Below the pieces are notes generated by a model that did no database searches, was not told where the DNA came from, and worked only from the letters and a program-made list of their open reading frames with translations. Below are positions 38,765-48,552 of a DNA stretch of 64,000 nt, piece after piece; the stretch's first letter is position 1, and every line of letters begins with the position of its first letter. The position numbers and the translations under genes are program-made. The DNA comes from Acidimicrobiia bacterium (lineage in GTDB: Bacteria; Actinomycetota; Acidimicrobiia; Acidimicrobiales; Bin134): the NCBI GenBank assembly GCA_009842675.1, contig VYEX01000077.1:44207-108206 (forward strand). Direction: 5' to 3'.

Positions 38765-40423
38765 ATGGCTGAACCGGTTCAGATCACCTTTCTGGGCGGG
38801 TTAGGCGACATCGGGAGGAACTGCGCGGCCATCGAATCCCAGGGCGAGGTGCTCCTCTTGGACTGCGGCGTGCTGTTCCCCGATGAGGACATGCCCGGAG
38901 CCGACTTCGTGCTGCCCGATCTGGAGTATCTGCGCGACAGGGCCGACCGCATCGTGGGCTGCATCTGCACTCACGGCCACGAGGATCACATCGGCGCCCT
39001 GCCCCGGGCGCTGGAGTGGCTGTCGTTCCCCGTCTACGCGTCGCCGTTCACCCTCGGGCTGATACGCAACCGTCTTGAGGAGCGGGAGGTGAGCGACCGC
39101 GCCACCCTCATTCCCATCGGCGACCACGACCGTGTGCGCATCGGTTCGTTCGACTGTGAGTTCATCCCGGTCACCCACTCGGTTCCCTCAGGGTTGATCT
39201 CGGCCATTCGCACACCGCAGGGGGTGATCCTCCATTCCAGCGATTTCAAGCTGGACCTGAACCCAGTGGACGGCCGCCGCACCGATCTTGCCCGAATCGG
39301 GGCCATCGCCCGCGATGAGGGGATTCGGCTGTTGCTGTGCGATTCCACCAACTCTGAAATACCCGGCAGTTCCCGGTCGGAATCCGAGATCGGTGAGGTG
39401 CTGAGGGGAGTGTTCGCCGCCCATCCCAATCGACGCCTGGTGGTGGCGGCGTTCTCCAGCCACATCCATCGGATTCAGCAGGTGGCCGACGCCGCGGTCG
39501 AGTCCGGGCGCAAAGTGGCCACGCTGGGGCTTTCTATGAAGCGCAACTTCGCTCTGGCCCGCGAGTTGGGCTTGCTCCGGCTGCCCGACAATGCGGTAAT
39601 CGAGGTGTCCGATGCCGAGCACTATTCGCCCGGAGAGGTGTGCGTAGTGTCCACCGGCTCTCAGGGGGAGAACCGCTCGGCGCTGGCCATGGCCGCCACC
39701 GGCGACAGCCGCTGGATCAAGATCGGCTCCGACGACACCGTGGTTCTGAGCTCTAGCCCCATACCCGGCAACGAGGCTCGAGTCTCCCGCATGATCAACA
39801 GCCTGGTGTACCGGGGGGCGAAGGTGGTCCACAGCGGCCAACTGGAGGTTCACACCACCGGCCACGGCAAACAGGACGAGCTTCGCACCCTGCACACCGT
39901 GGCCGACCCCGAGTATTTCGTGCCGGTCCACGGCGAGGTCCGCCACTTGGCGGCCCATGCCGAGCTGGCTTTGAAGATGGGCATGGCAACTGATCGGGTG
40001 GTCCTGGCCCGAGACGGCGAGCAAGTGGAGTTGAGCGACCGCGGTCTGGCCAATCGGGGTCAGGTCACCTCCGGGGACTACTACTACGTGAACGGACAGC
40101 TGATCGAGAGCGGCCGTGAGCTGTTCAGCGAGCGTTTCATCCTCGGCGGCCAGGGAGTGGTCAATGTCGTGGTGGTGTTGAGCCGCGAGGAGGGTCGTCT
40201 GCTGGCCCGCCCCCGCGTGGAGAGCAAGGGCTGGGTGGGAGCCGACCTCGTCCGAGAATTCGAACATGCCGCGGCTGACGAGGTGGAGGCTGCGGTGGAG
40301 GAATATCTGGAATCGGGAGAAGACGATGGGTTGGAGCGCTTGGTTCGAAGGGCAACGGGCCAATTCGTCAATCACAACACCGGCCGCCGTCCCATGATCG
40401 TTCCCATCATCATCGAACTCTGA
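38765..40423 (+). CDS. rnj: Ribonuclease J
   Basis: FLGGLGDIGRN, THGHEDHIGA, THSVP, HTTGH, PVHGE. Confidence 0.96.
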   Translation: MAEPVQITFLGGLGDIGRNCAAIESQGEVLLLDCGVLFPDEDMPGADFVLPDLEYLRDRADRIVGCICTHGHEDHIGALPRALEWLSFPVYASPFTLGLIRNRLEEREVSDRATLIPIGDHDRVRIGSFDCEFIPVTHSVPSGLISAIRTPQGVILHSSDFKLDLNPVDGRRTDLARIGAIARDEGIRLLLCDSTNSEIPGSSRSESEIGEVLRGVFAAHPNRRLVVAAFSSHIHRIQQVADAAVESGRKVATLGLSMKRNFALARELGLLRLPDNAVIEVSDAEHYSPGEVCVVSTGSQGENRSALAMAATGDSRWIKIGSDDTVVLSSSPIPGNEARVSRMINSLVYRGAKVVHSGQLEVHTTGHGKQDELRTLHTVADPEYFVPVHGEVRHLAAHAELALKMGMATDRVVLARDGEQVELSDRGLANRGQVTSGDYYYVNGQLIESGRELFSERFILGGQGVVNVVVVLSREEGRLLARPRVESKGWVGADLVREFEHAAADEVEAAVEEYLESGEDDGLERLVRRATGQFVNHNTGRRPMIVPIIIEL

Positions 40424-40486
40424 GCGCTGACCTGGCCAGCCCTGTCGGCCCAAACCATTGGTTACTGGTGTTGTCAATGGTACGTT

Positions 40487-42946
40487 GTGGTTGTTGTGGC
40501 TACCAAAACCGCTCGAAAGCCCCCTACAAAGCCCAGCGCAAAGTCCAAATCCAAGGCCGGAGCCTCATCGGACAGCCGATTGAGGCAGGCATCTGCCGCG
40601 GTCTGGGCCAGACACCGCGCCGACATCATCGCCGTGGGGTTCATCCTCGCCGGGCTGGTGGCGGCATGCGCCGTTTGGGCCGATGTGGCCGGACCGTTCG
40701 GCAAAGGCCTCCGGATCATGCTCGGCGCGCTCATTGGCACCGCCAGGTCTGCCATTCCGATTGCTCTGGTGGCCATAGGGGTTGTGCTGTTGCGGGGTCC
40801 CCGCCCCGACGACGAGGAGGATGTGCAACCCGCTTCCGAGTCCTTCGACAAGAACCCCTACACCGACCCGGCCCGGGCCGACTTGGTGCAGGCAGTTCGC
40901 CTCGGCCTCGGCACCTCACTGACGCTCCTGTCGGTGACCGGTCTTCTTCACATAGCCATCGACCGGCCGGGCATCGAGGACCTCGACGGGCTGATGGGGG
41001 CCGGTGGTGCTCTGGGCTTGGCCTTCGGGGGCACGCTGGCCGCGTTCATGGGAGTTTGGGGTGCGAGCCTGGTGGTGGGCGCGTTCGGCCTGCTGGGAAT
41101 GGTGGTGCTCACCCGGGTGTCGCTGCGGGCATGGGCCCGCCGAGTAGACGGTGCCAAGCTCAAAGCCGCCCTGGTCCGGGCCCTTCACTCTGCTACCGGC
41201 ACGCCCGTGCCGGCCGAAAACCCCTCCGTGCACCATCAGGAGAACTGGGCAGAAGCGATTCCGGTCGAACCGGAGGTGCCCGGCTCCGATGTGGTGGTCA
41301 TACCCGAACCGCGCCCGGAACCGGAACCGGTGCCCGCTCCCGAGACCAGTTCGGCACCTGAACCCGAACCCAGTCCTCCTTCTCCCGACCCGGAGCCGGA
41401 TTGGCAGGCACCGGCGATCGTGGGTGAGAAGGGGTCCAAGTCGCCCAAGTCGTCGAAGTGGAAGCTCCCCTCGCTCAAGCTGCTGAGCGGGTCCGATCCC
41501 CAACAGATCAACCAGGATGAGGCCACCCGTAAGGGCGCCGCCCTCGAGCAGGCCCTGGCCGCCCATGATGTGGAGACCAAGCTGGTGGGGATGGTGATCG
41601 GTCCCACCGTGACCCGCTACGAGCTGGAGCTCGCCCCCGGGGTCAAGGTCAGCCGGGTCACCAGCTTGAGCAAGGACATCGCCTATGCGCTGGCCTCGCC
41701 CGACGTCCGCATCCTGGCCCCGATCCCCGGGCGTCAGGCCATCGGCGTGGAGGTTCCCAACCGCGACCGCCAAGTGGTGTCGCTGGGCGGGATCCTGGCG
41801 TCGGCCGAGGCCCGCAAAGCCAACCATCCCTTGGAGGTGGCCATCGGGCGGGACATCAACGCCAAGCCGGTGATGATGGACCTGTCCCGGATGCCTCACA
41901 TTCTCATCGCCGGGGCCACTGGAGCGGGCAAGTCGTCGTGCATCAATTCCATGATCACGTCGGTGCTCATGCGCTCCACCCCCGACCAGGTCCGCATGAT
42001 CCTGGTCGACCCCAAGATGGTGGAGATGGCCCAATACGAGCATGTGCCCCACCTGCTCACCCAGCCGGTAGTCGATCCCAAGAAGGCGGCCAACGCCCTG
42101 GCGTGGGCCTGTCGGGAGATGGACCGTCGCTATGAGGTGCTGGCCTCGGTGGGCGTGCGGGACATCGATGGCTACAACGACGCCTGTGCCCGGGGCGTGT
42201 TCGAGAACGATCGCAAACTGGGGATTGAAGAGTCTGAGCCCAAAGAGCGGATGCCGCTCATTTTGGTGGTGGTGGACGAGCTCTCCGACCTGATGATGGT
42301 GGCCCCCCGCGACGTGGAGGACTCCATCTGCCGGATCGCCCAGAAGGCCCGGGCAGTGGGCATCCACTTGGTGATCGCCACCCAGCGTCCGTCCATCAAC
42401 GTGATCACCGGGGTCATCAAGGCCAACATTCCGGCCCGGCTGGCCTTTGCGGTGTCCAGCCAAACCGATAGCCGGGTGATCCTCGACCAGCAGGGCGCCG
42501 AGCGCTTGGTGGGTCAGGGCGACATGCTCTTGCTCAGCCCCACCTCCACGTCGCCCCAGCGCATACAGGGCGCGTGGGTGACCGAGGAGGAGGTCCGCAA
42601 GGTGGTGGCCGCCTGGCGGCGTCAGGACGTGGTCATGGAGCCACCCAGTCCTTCGGCTTCGGTGACCACCGACGGAGGCGACGGCGACGACGACCCGCTG
42701 GCCCCCGCGCCTTCGACTGCCACGAGCGGGGGCGGCGACGATGACGATGAGCTGCTGGTGCAGGCCATGAGGCTGGTGGTGGAGAGCCAGCTGGGCTCCA
42801 CCTCGATGCTCCAGCGCAAGCTCCGAGTGGGATTCGCCCGAGCCGGGCGTCTGATGGACCTGATGGAGCAGCGGGGCGTGGTGGGGCCATCTGAGGGGTC
42901 GAAAGCACGAGAGGTGCTGATGACCCCCGACGAGCTTCCCTCTTAA
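40487..42946 (+). CDS. ftsK: DNA translocase FtsK (start could be 40496)
   Basis: N-terminal TM helices, AGATGAGKS, VVDELSDLM, LATQRPS-like, gamma domain STSMLQRKL. Confidence 0.97.
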   Translation: MVVVATKTARKPPTKPSAKSKSKAGASSDSRLRQASAAVWARHRADIIAVGFILAGLVAACAVWADVAGPFGKGLRIMLGALIGTARSAIPIALVAIGVVLLRGPRPDDEEDVQPASESFDKNPYTDPARADLVQAVRLGLGTSLTLLSVTGLLHIAIDRPGIEDLDGLMGAGGALGLAFGGTLAAFMGVWGASLVVGAFGLLGMVVLTRVSLRAWARRVDGAKLKAALVRALHSATGTPVPAENPSVHHQENWAEAIPVEPEVPGSDVVVIPEPRPEPEPVPAPETSSAPEPEPSPPSPDPEPDWQAPAIVGEKGSKSPKSSKWKLPSLKLLSGSDPQQINQDEATRKGAALEQALAAHDVETKLVGMVIGPTVTRYELELAPGVKVSRVTSLSKDIAYALASPDVRILAPIPGRQAIGVEVPNRDRQVVSLGGILASAEARKANHPLEVAIGRDINAKPVMMDLSRMPHILIAGATGAGKSSCINSMITSVLMRSTPDQVRMILVDPKMVEMAQYEHVPHLLTQPVVDPKKAANALAWACREMDRRYEVLASVGVRDIDGYNDACARGVFENDRKLGIEESEPKERMPLILVVVDELSDLMMVAPRDVEDSICRIAQKARAVGIHLVIATQRPSINVITGVIKANIPARLAFAVSSQTDSRVILDQQGAERLVGQGDMLLLSPTSTSPQRIQGAWVTEEEVRKVVAAWRRQDVVMEPPSPSASVTTDGGDGDDDPLAPAPSTATSGGGDDDDELLVQAMRLVVESQLGSTSMLQRKLRVGFARAGRLMDLMEQRGVVGPSEGSKAREVLMTPDELPS

Positions 42947-42976
42947 ACGCTGATTGAGCGTCGGTAGTCTCAGGTC

Positions 42977-44029
42977 GTGGCTTTAGCAGCGGTGCTCCTG
43001 GCCGGGGGCCTCCTCGTGCTGGCGGTGGGCGCCGACCAACTGGTCATCGGCGCATCCCGGCTGGCCTTCGCCCGGGGTATCTCGCCCATCGTGATCGGGG
43101 CGCTGGTCATCGGATTCGGCACCAGCGCTCCGGAGATGCTGGTGTCGGGCCTGGCCGCGGCCGACGGCAACGTCGATTTGGGAGTGGGCAACATCGTCGG
43201 CTCCAACGTGGCCAATTTGAGCTTGGTGCTGGGCTTCTCCGCGCTGGTGGCGGCGGTGGCCGTCGGAGGCCGCTTCATCCGCGTGGCCAACAGCACGCTG
43301 TGGCGGGAGGGCGTGGTGTCGCTGGCGGCCGCCGGTTTGTTCTGGGTGCTGGTACAGGACGGATTCGAGCGTTGGGAGGGCTTCGTCCTGCTGGCGGCCT
43401 TCGTGGTGGCCATGGGTGCCATTTTGTGGCGGTCCGCCTACGACCTCAGCGCTCCCGATGTTGTCCACACCGACAAGCCCACCAACCAGCGCACCGAGTT
43501 GGTCCGCACCATTGTTGGGTTGGCGGCCACCGTGGTCGGTGCCCAATTGGCGGTGACCGGTGCGGTGGACATCGCCCAAGAGGTGGGCCTGGGATCGGGG
43601 TTCGTGGGGCTGTCGCTGGTGGCATTCGGCACCTCGCTGCCCGAGCTGATCACCGGGGTGCAGGCCGCCCGCCGCGGCGAGGCCGATCTGCTGGTGGGCA
43701 ACATCTTGGGCTCCAACACGTTCAACAGCCTGCTGGTGAGCGCAGTGGTGGCACTGGTGGGGCCGGGACCGCTGGCCGACGGGAACCTCTCGGGTTTGGC
43801 GGTATGGATCATGATGGGCATCTCCATCGCGGCCTGGATGTTCATGTTCAGGGGCGAAGGCTTGGAGCGGTGGTGGGAGGGTGCCTTCCTTTTGGCCGTG
43901 TACCTGGCGTCGCTGCCGTTTCTTATCTCCGACCATGAAGAAGATGTGGATGCCGTCCCGGTGGTCGAGGCGGTTGAGGTGGCTGAGGCGGTGCCTGTTG
44001 CTGGTGGCTCAGGCATCAATTCCACCTAG
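42977..44029 (+). CDS. Calcium/sodium antiporter (CaCA, YrbG-like)
   Basis: Two alpha repeats: GTSAPE...GNIVGSN and GTSLPE...GNILGSN. Confidence 0.93.
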   Translation: MALAAVLLAGGLLVLAVGADQLVIGASRLAFARGISPIVIGALVIGFGTSAPEMLVSGLAAADGNVDLGVGNIVGSNVANLSLVLGFSALVAAVAVGGRFIRVANSTLWREGVVSLAAAGLFWVLVQDGFERWEGFVLLAAFVVAMGAILWRSAYDLSAPDVVHTDKPTNQRTELVRTIVGLAATVVGAQLAVTGAVDIAQEVGLGSGFVGLSLVAFGTSLPELITGVQAARRGEADLLVGNILGSNTFNSLLVSAVVALVGPGPLADGNLSGLAVWIMMGISIAAWMFMFRGEGLERWWEGAFLLAVYLASLPFLISDHEEDVDAVPVVEAVEVAEAVPVAGGSGINST

Positions 44030-44036
44030 TCTCGGT

Positions 44037-45302
44037 ATGGTGCGCCGGTTTTGGGTTGAGACGCTGGGGTGTCCCAAGAATCAGGTGGACTCCGACAAGA
44101 TCACCGGTTTGCTGGTTGGCGACGGGATGGCCGCGGCCAGTGCCCCCGAAGAAGCCGATCTGGTGGTGGTAAACACCTGCGCCTTCATCGAGGAGGCCCG
44201 CCAGGAGTCGGTGGACACGGTGCTGGCGTTGCGCTCGACGGCCTCCGAAGCCGAATTGGTGGTCACCGGGTGCATGGCCGAGCGCTACGGCGCTGAGCTG
44301 GCTGAAGCCCTGCCTGAGGTCGACCGGGTGGCCGGGTTCGGCGTGCCGGTCAGCATCGGAGCGAAGCCCTCTGATTCGTCGCGGAGCCCGGCGGAGCTTC
44401 CCTCGTTCGACCTATTGAACCTACCTCGGCCGCCGGCGGAAGCACCCTGGGCCTACGTGAAGATCGCCGAGGGCTGCGACCGGCGCTGCGGGTACTGCGC
44501 CATTCCCAGCTTCCGAGGGCCCCAGCGCTCTCGGTCGGCCGAATCCATCGCGGCCGAGGTAGACATGCTCGGAGTGCGGGAGGCAGTGCTGGTGGCCCAA
44601 GACCTGGCCTCCTACGGGCGAGACCAGGGCCAGGGGGAGCGGGGCATCATCCCGCTAGTGGAGTCGCTTTGCCAGCGGGTGGATTGGGTGCGTCTGCTGT
44701 ACCTGTACCCGTCCGATCTCACCGACCCACTAATCGACACCATCTGCTCCACCGATGTGCCCTATTTCGACCTGTCGTTGCAGCACGTATCTAGGCCGCT
44801 GTTGGCCCGAATGCGCCGGTGGGGCGACGGCGATCGCTTCGCCGCCCGTATTGCCGAGATTCGCCAGCGGCAGCCAGAGGCGGTGTTCCGGTCGAACTTC
44901 ATCGTGGGCTATCCCGGCGAGACCGAGGCCGACCACGACGCGCTGCTGGATTTTGTGGCCGATGTGGGCCTCGACTGGTGCGGGTTCTTCACCTACTCCG
45001 CGGAGACGGGCACCTACGCAACCACTCTCGACAACCAGGTGCCCGCCGAGCTGGCCGCGGAGCGCCGTCGGGAGCTGGCCGAGGTCCAGGACGCGATCAC
45101 CGCATCCAAGCGTGACCAACTCATCGGCCGCGAGGTCGAAGTGCTGGTGGATGCCCCCGGCCTGGCCCGCAGCTACCGAGAAGCCCCGGAGATCGACGGC
45201 ATCGTCTCAGTGCCCGATCACTTGGCTGTTGGCCAATTCCACACCGTGCGGGTGACCGACGCAATGGGTCCCGACGTTATGGCCGAGGCGATGGAGCCAT
45301 GA
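44037..45302 (+). CDS. rimO: Ribosomal protein S12 methylthiotransferase RimO
   Basis: TLGCPKNQVDS, NTCAFI, EGCDRRCGYC, EAPEIDG. Confidence 0.96.
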   Translation: MVRRFWVETLGCPKNQVDSDKITGLLVGDGMAAASAPEEADLVVVNTCAFIEEARQESVDTVLALRSTASEAELVVTGCMAERYGAELAEALPEVDRVAGFGVPVSIGAKPSDSSRSPAELPSFDLLNLPRPPAEAPWAYVKIAEGCDRRCGYCAIPSFRGPQRSRSAESIAAEVDMLGVREAVLVAQDLASYGRDQGQGERGIIPLVESLCQRVDWVRLLYLYPSDLTDPLIDTICSTDVPYFDLSLQHVSRPLLARMRRWGDGDRFAARIAEIRQRQPEAVFRSNFIVGYPGETEADHDALLDFVADVGLDWCGFFTYSAETGTYATTLDNQVPAELAAERRRELAEVQDAITASKRDQLIGREVEVLVDAPGLARSYREAPEIDGIVSVPDHLAVGQFHTVRVTDAMGPDVMAEAMEP

Positions 45303-45880
45303 GCCAGGTAGGGGCCTATTCCTGGGCCGATCTGCGCTTGACGGCCAACCTGATCACGCTGGGGCGGATTCTGGTTTCGCCTCTGCTGTTTGTGCTGATC
45401 TTGACCGCCTCGGACAGCGGAGGGACATCGTGGGCCGTGGTGGCCGTGGGCTGGGTGTTGGGCGCCAGCGACTACTACGACGGATGGGTGGCTCGGGCAT
45501 CGGACAGCGTCAGCCGCTGGGGGGCCTTCTTGGACCCGTTGGCCGACAAGGTGATGATCCTGGGAGCGGCCTGGTGCTTCGTGGCCGTGGACCGCCTGTT
45601 CTGGGTTCCGGTGCTAATCATCACGGCGCGGGAGCTCCTGATGAGCGCGGCCCGGACTCGATGGGCTCGAGACGGCCTGTCGCTTCCTGCTCGCTACTCG
45701 GCCAAGCTCAAGACGCTGATGCAAGGCGGGGCGCTCACCGTGGCCGCGCTGCCTCCGCTGGAGAACGTCGACTGGGCGGTGTCGCTGGCCATCTGGCTGG
45801 CGGTGGCCATAACCCTCTACTCCGGCTGGCGCTACTGGGCCGACGGGCGGGCCGGAGCCATTGCCGCCTCAGGCCAGTAG
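45299..45880 (+). CDS. pgsA: CDP-alcohol phosphatidyltransferase (PgsA-like)
   Basis: SDYYDGWVAR...GAFLDPLADK; rimO-pgsA-cinA synteny. Confidence 0.88.
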   Translation: MSQVGAYSWADLRLTANLITLGRILVSPLLFVLILTASDSGGTSWAVVAVGWVLGASDYYDGWVARASDSVSRWGAFLDPLADKVMILGAAWCFVAVDRLFWVPVLIITARELLMSAARTRWARDGLSLPARYSAKLKTLMQGGALTVAALPPLENVDWAVSLAIWLAVAITLYSGWRYWADGRAGAIAASGQ

Positions 45881-45911
45881 CTGAAGGCGGGCGGCGGTAT
45901 AGCCTCCCAGC

Positions 45912-47150
45912 GTGAATTGTGAAGTAATCGCGGTGGGAACCGAGCTCCTGCTCGGCCAGATTGTCGACACCAACTCGTCATGGATCGGCGAGCAGCTGGC
46001 GCTGGCCGGAATCGACTCGCACCACCAGGTCAAGGTGGGCGACAACTTCGATCGCATGCAGGCGGTGCTCAATCAGGCCTTGGATCGCAGCGACTCGGTC
46101 ATCATGTGCGGGGGTCTGGGCCCCACCCAGGACGACATCACCCGGGACGTGATCGCGGCGGCCCTCGGGGTGGAGCTGGTGCGGCGCGACGACATCGTGG
46201 AGCGCATTTCCCGGGTGTTTGGCGGCCGAGGTCGGGCCATGCCCGAGAACAACCTGCGTCAGGCTGACGTGCCCGACGGGGCCGAGGTGCTGCCGCTGAT
46301 GCCCGGCACCGCCCCTGGCTTCAAGGTGGAAACCGGCGGCAAGGCGGTGTACGCCGTGCCTGGCGTGCCCTGGGAGATGCAGCAGATGGTGGGGGAGTGC
46401 GTGCTACCCGACCTCAAGCAAAGGGCGGGGATCACCGCGGTTATCAAGAGCCGCACCCTGCGCACCTGGGGCGATTCCGAGTCGGGTCTGGCCGAGAAAT
46501 TGCACGAAGAGATCGAAAGGCTGGACGAGACCGGCGAGTGCACCATCGCCTTCCTGGCTTCGGGAATGGAGGGCCTCAAGGTGCGGCTTACCGCCAAGGC
46601 TCCCAGCGAGGCCGAGGTGGATGAGATCCTGGCCAACGAGGACCAGATCGTGCGGGGCATCATCGGCGACATCGTGTTCGGGGTGGACGACGAGACCATG
46701 GAGTCGGCCGTGCTCGACGCCTTGCGGCAGCGGGGGTGGACCCTGGCGCTGGCCGAGTCGCTCACCGGTGGTCTGATCGGCTCTCGGCTCACCGCCGTGC
46801 CCGGGGCCAGCGACGTGTTCCGGGGCGGGCTGGTGTCCTACGCCAGCGATGTGAAGTTCGACCTGCTGGACGTGCCCGAGGGCCCGGTGGTGAGCGAAGA
46901 GGCCGTCACCGCCATGGCCCGGGGGGCGGCCAAGCTGCTGGGCGCCGACTGTGCCATTGCCGTCACCGGCGTGGCCGGCCCCGACCCCCTCGACGGCGAA
47001 GACCCCGGCACCGTGTGGATGGCCACTCTGGTCAAAGGCGAAGTGGAGGCCACCAAGGTCAAATTCCCCTTCGACCGCGAGCGCACCCGCCAGTTCACCA
47101 CCGTCTCCATCCTCAACAACCTCCGCATGAGGGTGCTGGCCGGCAAGTAG
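45912..47150 (+). CDS. cinA: CinA (MocF-like domain fused to NMN deamidase PncC)
   Basis: VGTELLLGQIVDTN, GGLGPTQDD, AESLTGG, TGVAGP. Confidence 0.95.
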   Translation: MNCEVIAVGTELLLGQIVDTNSSWIGEQLALAGIDSHHQVKVGDNFDRMQAVLNQALDRSDSVIMCGGLGPTQDDITRDVIAAALGVELVRRDDIVERISRVFGGRGRAMPENNLRQADVPDGAEVLPLMPGTAPGFKVETGGKAVYAVPGVPWEMQQMVGECVLPDLKQRAGITAVIKSRTLRTWGDSESGLAEKLHEEIERLDETGECTIAFLASGMEGLKVRLTAKAPSEAEVDEILANEDQIVRGIIGDIVFGVDDETMESAVLDALRQRGWTLALAESLTGGLIGSRLTAVPGASDVFRGGLVSYASDVKFDLLDVPEGPVVSEEAVTAMARGAAKLLGADCAIAVTGVAGPDPLDGEDPGTVWMATLVKGEVEATKVKFPFDRERTRQFTTVSILNNLRMRVLAGK

Positions 47151-47179
47151 GACGCCCAGACCAATTGGCAGCCGGGCCG

Positions 47180-47956
47180 CTAAACCTCGGGGTTGACGAA
47201 GCCGGCGAGCATCCCGCCGTCGGCGACGAACTCGGCGCCGGTGCTGTAGGAGGAGTCGTCGGAGGCCAGATACATGGCCAGGTGGGCGATTTCGACGGGC
47301 TGGGCGGCCCGGCCCAACGGGAGCATGGCGTAGACCGCGGCCTTTTCCTCTTCGGTAATGGCGTCGCCCAAGGCGTCCTGGGAGGTCATTGGCGTATCCA
47401 CCCCACCGGGGTGGATGGAGTTGACCCGGATGCCGTGTTTGCCCAGTTCCAACGCCGCGTCCTTGGTCATGCCCCGCACCGCGAACTTGGAGGCGGTGTA
47501 GGCCACCGTGCCGCTGTAGCCGGCGATGCCGTTGGTGGAGCTGATGTTGACGATGGAACCGCCGCCGGCTTCGATCATGGCCGGGACGGTGTGCTTCATG
47601 CCCAAGAACACTCCCACCTGGTTGACGTTGATCACCTGCATGTAGTCGTCGAGTGACATGTCCATGAGCGACACGCCGAACACGAGGATCCCGGCGTTGT
47701 TCACCAGCACGTTGGGGGGTCCGTAGAGGCTGACGGTCTCGTCCACCGCCTTCTGCCACGCCCCGGGGTCGGTTACGTCCAAGGGGATGTAGTGGACATT
47801 GGGGCCCACATCGGCGGCTACTGCCTCTCCGAGGTCGTGGAGCACGTCGCCGAACACCACCTTTGCGCCCTCGGCGGCGAACAGCCGCACCTCGGCCTCG
47901 CCCTGGCCCCGGGCGCCGCCGGAGATGAGGGCCACTTTTCCGTCCAGCCTGCCCAT
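47180..47956 (-). CDS. SDR-family oxidoreductase (3-alpha/20-beta-HSD-like)
   Basis: SGGARGQG, NNAG, YTASK. Confidence 0.92.
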   Translation of the reverse strand: MGRLDGKVALISGGARGQGEAEVRLFAAEGAKVVFGDVLHDLGEAVAADVGPNVHYIPLDVTDPGAWQKAVDETVSLYGPPNVLVNNAGILVFGVSLMDMSLDDYMQVINVNQVGVFLGMKHTVPAMIEAGGGSIVNISSTNGIAGYSGTVAYTASKFAVRGMTKDAALELGKHGIRVNSIHPGGVDTPMTSQDALGDAITEEEKAAVYAMLPLGRAAQPVEIAHLAMYLASDDSSYSTGAEFVADGGMLAGFVNPEV

Positions 47957-47957
47957 G

Positions 47958-48362
47958 TCAGTTGTCCTCCATATCGCGATCAAGGCGGAGCGACGCCGAG
48001 TTCATGCAGTAGCGCTCTCCGGTGGGGTGGGGGCCATCGGGGAAGATATGGCCCAGATGTGCTCCACATGATGCACACACTGCCTCGGTGCGGACCATGC
48101 CGTGGCTGCTGTCGGTGTGGCGGTTCACCTTGCCCTCGGCGACCTCCTCGTAGAACGACGGCCAGCCGGTGCCCGAGTCGTACTTGGTGTCAGAAGAGAA
48201 CAGCGGCTCGCCGCACACCCGGCAGCGGTACATACCGTCGTCCTTGCAATCCCAGTACTCGCCGGTGAAGGCCCGCTCGGTGCCGGCTTGCTGGGTGATG
48301 TGGTACTGCTCGGGAGTGAGCCTCTGGCGCAGTTCCTCGTCGGTGAACGTGGTCTCAGACAT
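47958..48362 (-). CDS. msrB: Peptide-methionine (R)-S-oxide reductase
   Basis: [30 protein letters not shown]. Confidence 0.97.
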   Translation of the reverse strand: MSETTFTDEELRQRLTPEQYHITQQAGTERAFTGEYWDCKDDGMYRCRVCGEPLFSSDTKYDSGTGWPSFYEEVAEGKVNRHTDSSHGMVRTEAVCASCGAHLGHIFPDGPHPTGERYCMNSASLRLDRDMEDN

Positions 48363-48470
48363 GAGTGCCACCGTATCGGATTTCTGAGGCAAACAGGCAG
48401 GTTGGACCAGCGGGGTACTTGTGAAATTTGACCGCCGTAACTACGCTGATGTCATTCATCGGGGACAAAC

Positions 48471-48492
48471 TGTCACTGGTCGTCTTTAGAGT
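48471..48492 (+). promoter_or_regulatory. TGTCAC-N10-TAnnnT promoter of recA (RecA-NDp/PafBC-like)
   Basis: TGTCAC TGGTCGTCTT TAGAGT, 60 nt before the recA start. Confidence 0.8.
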
Positions 48493-48552
48493 GTGGCTCG
48501 ACATTCCCCCTGCAAACTCGCAGCCGTAAAACCCTGACCTGAAGGAGGAGAT

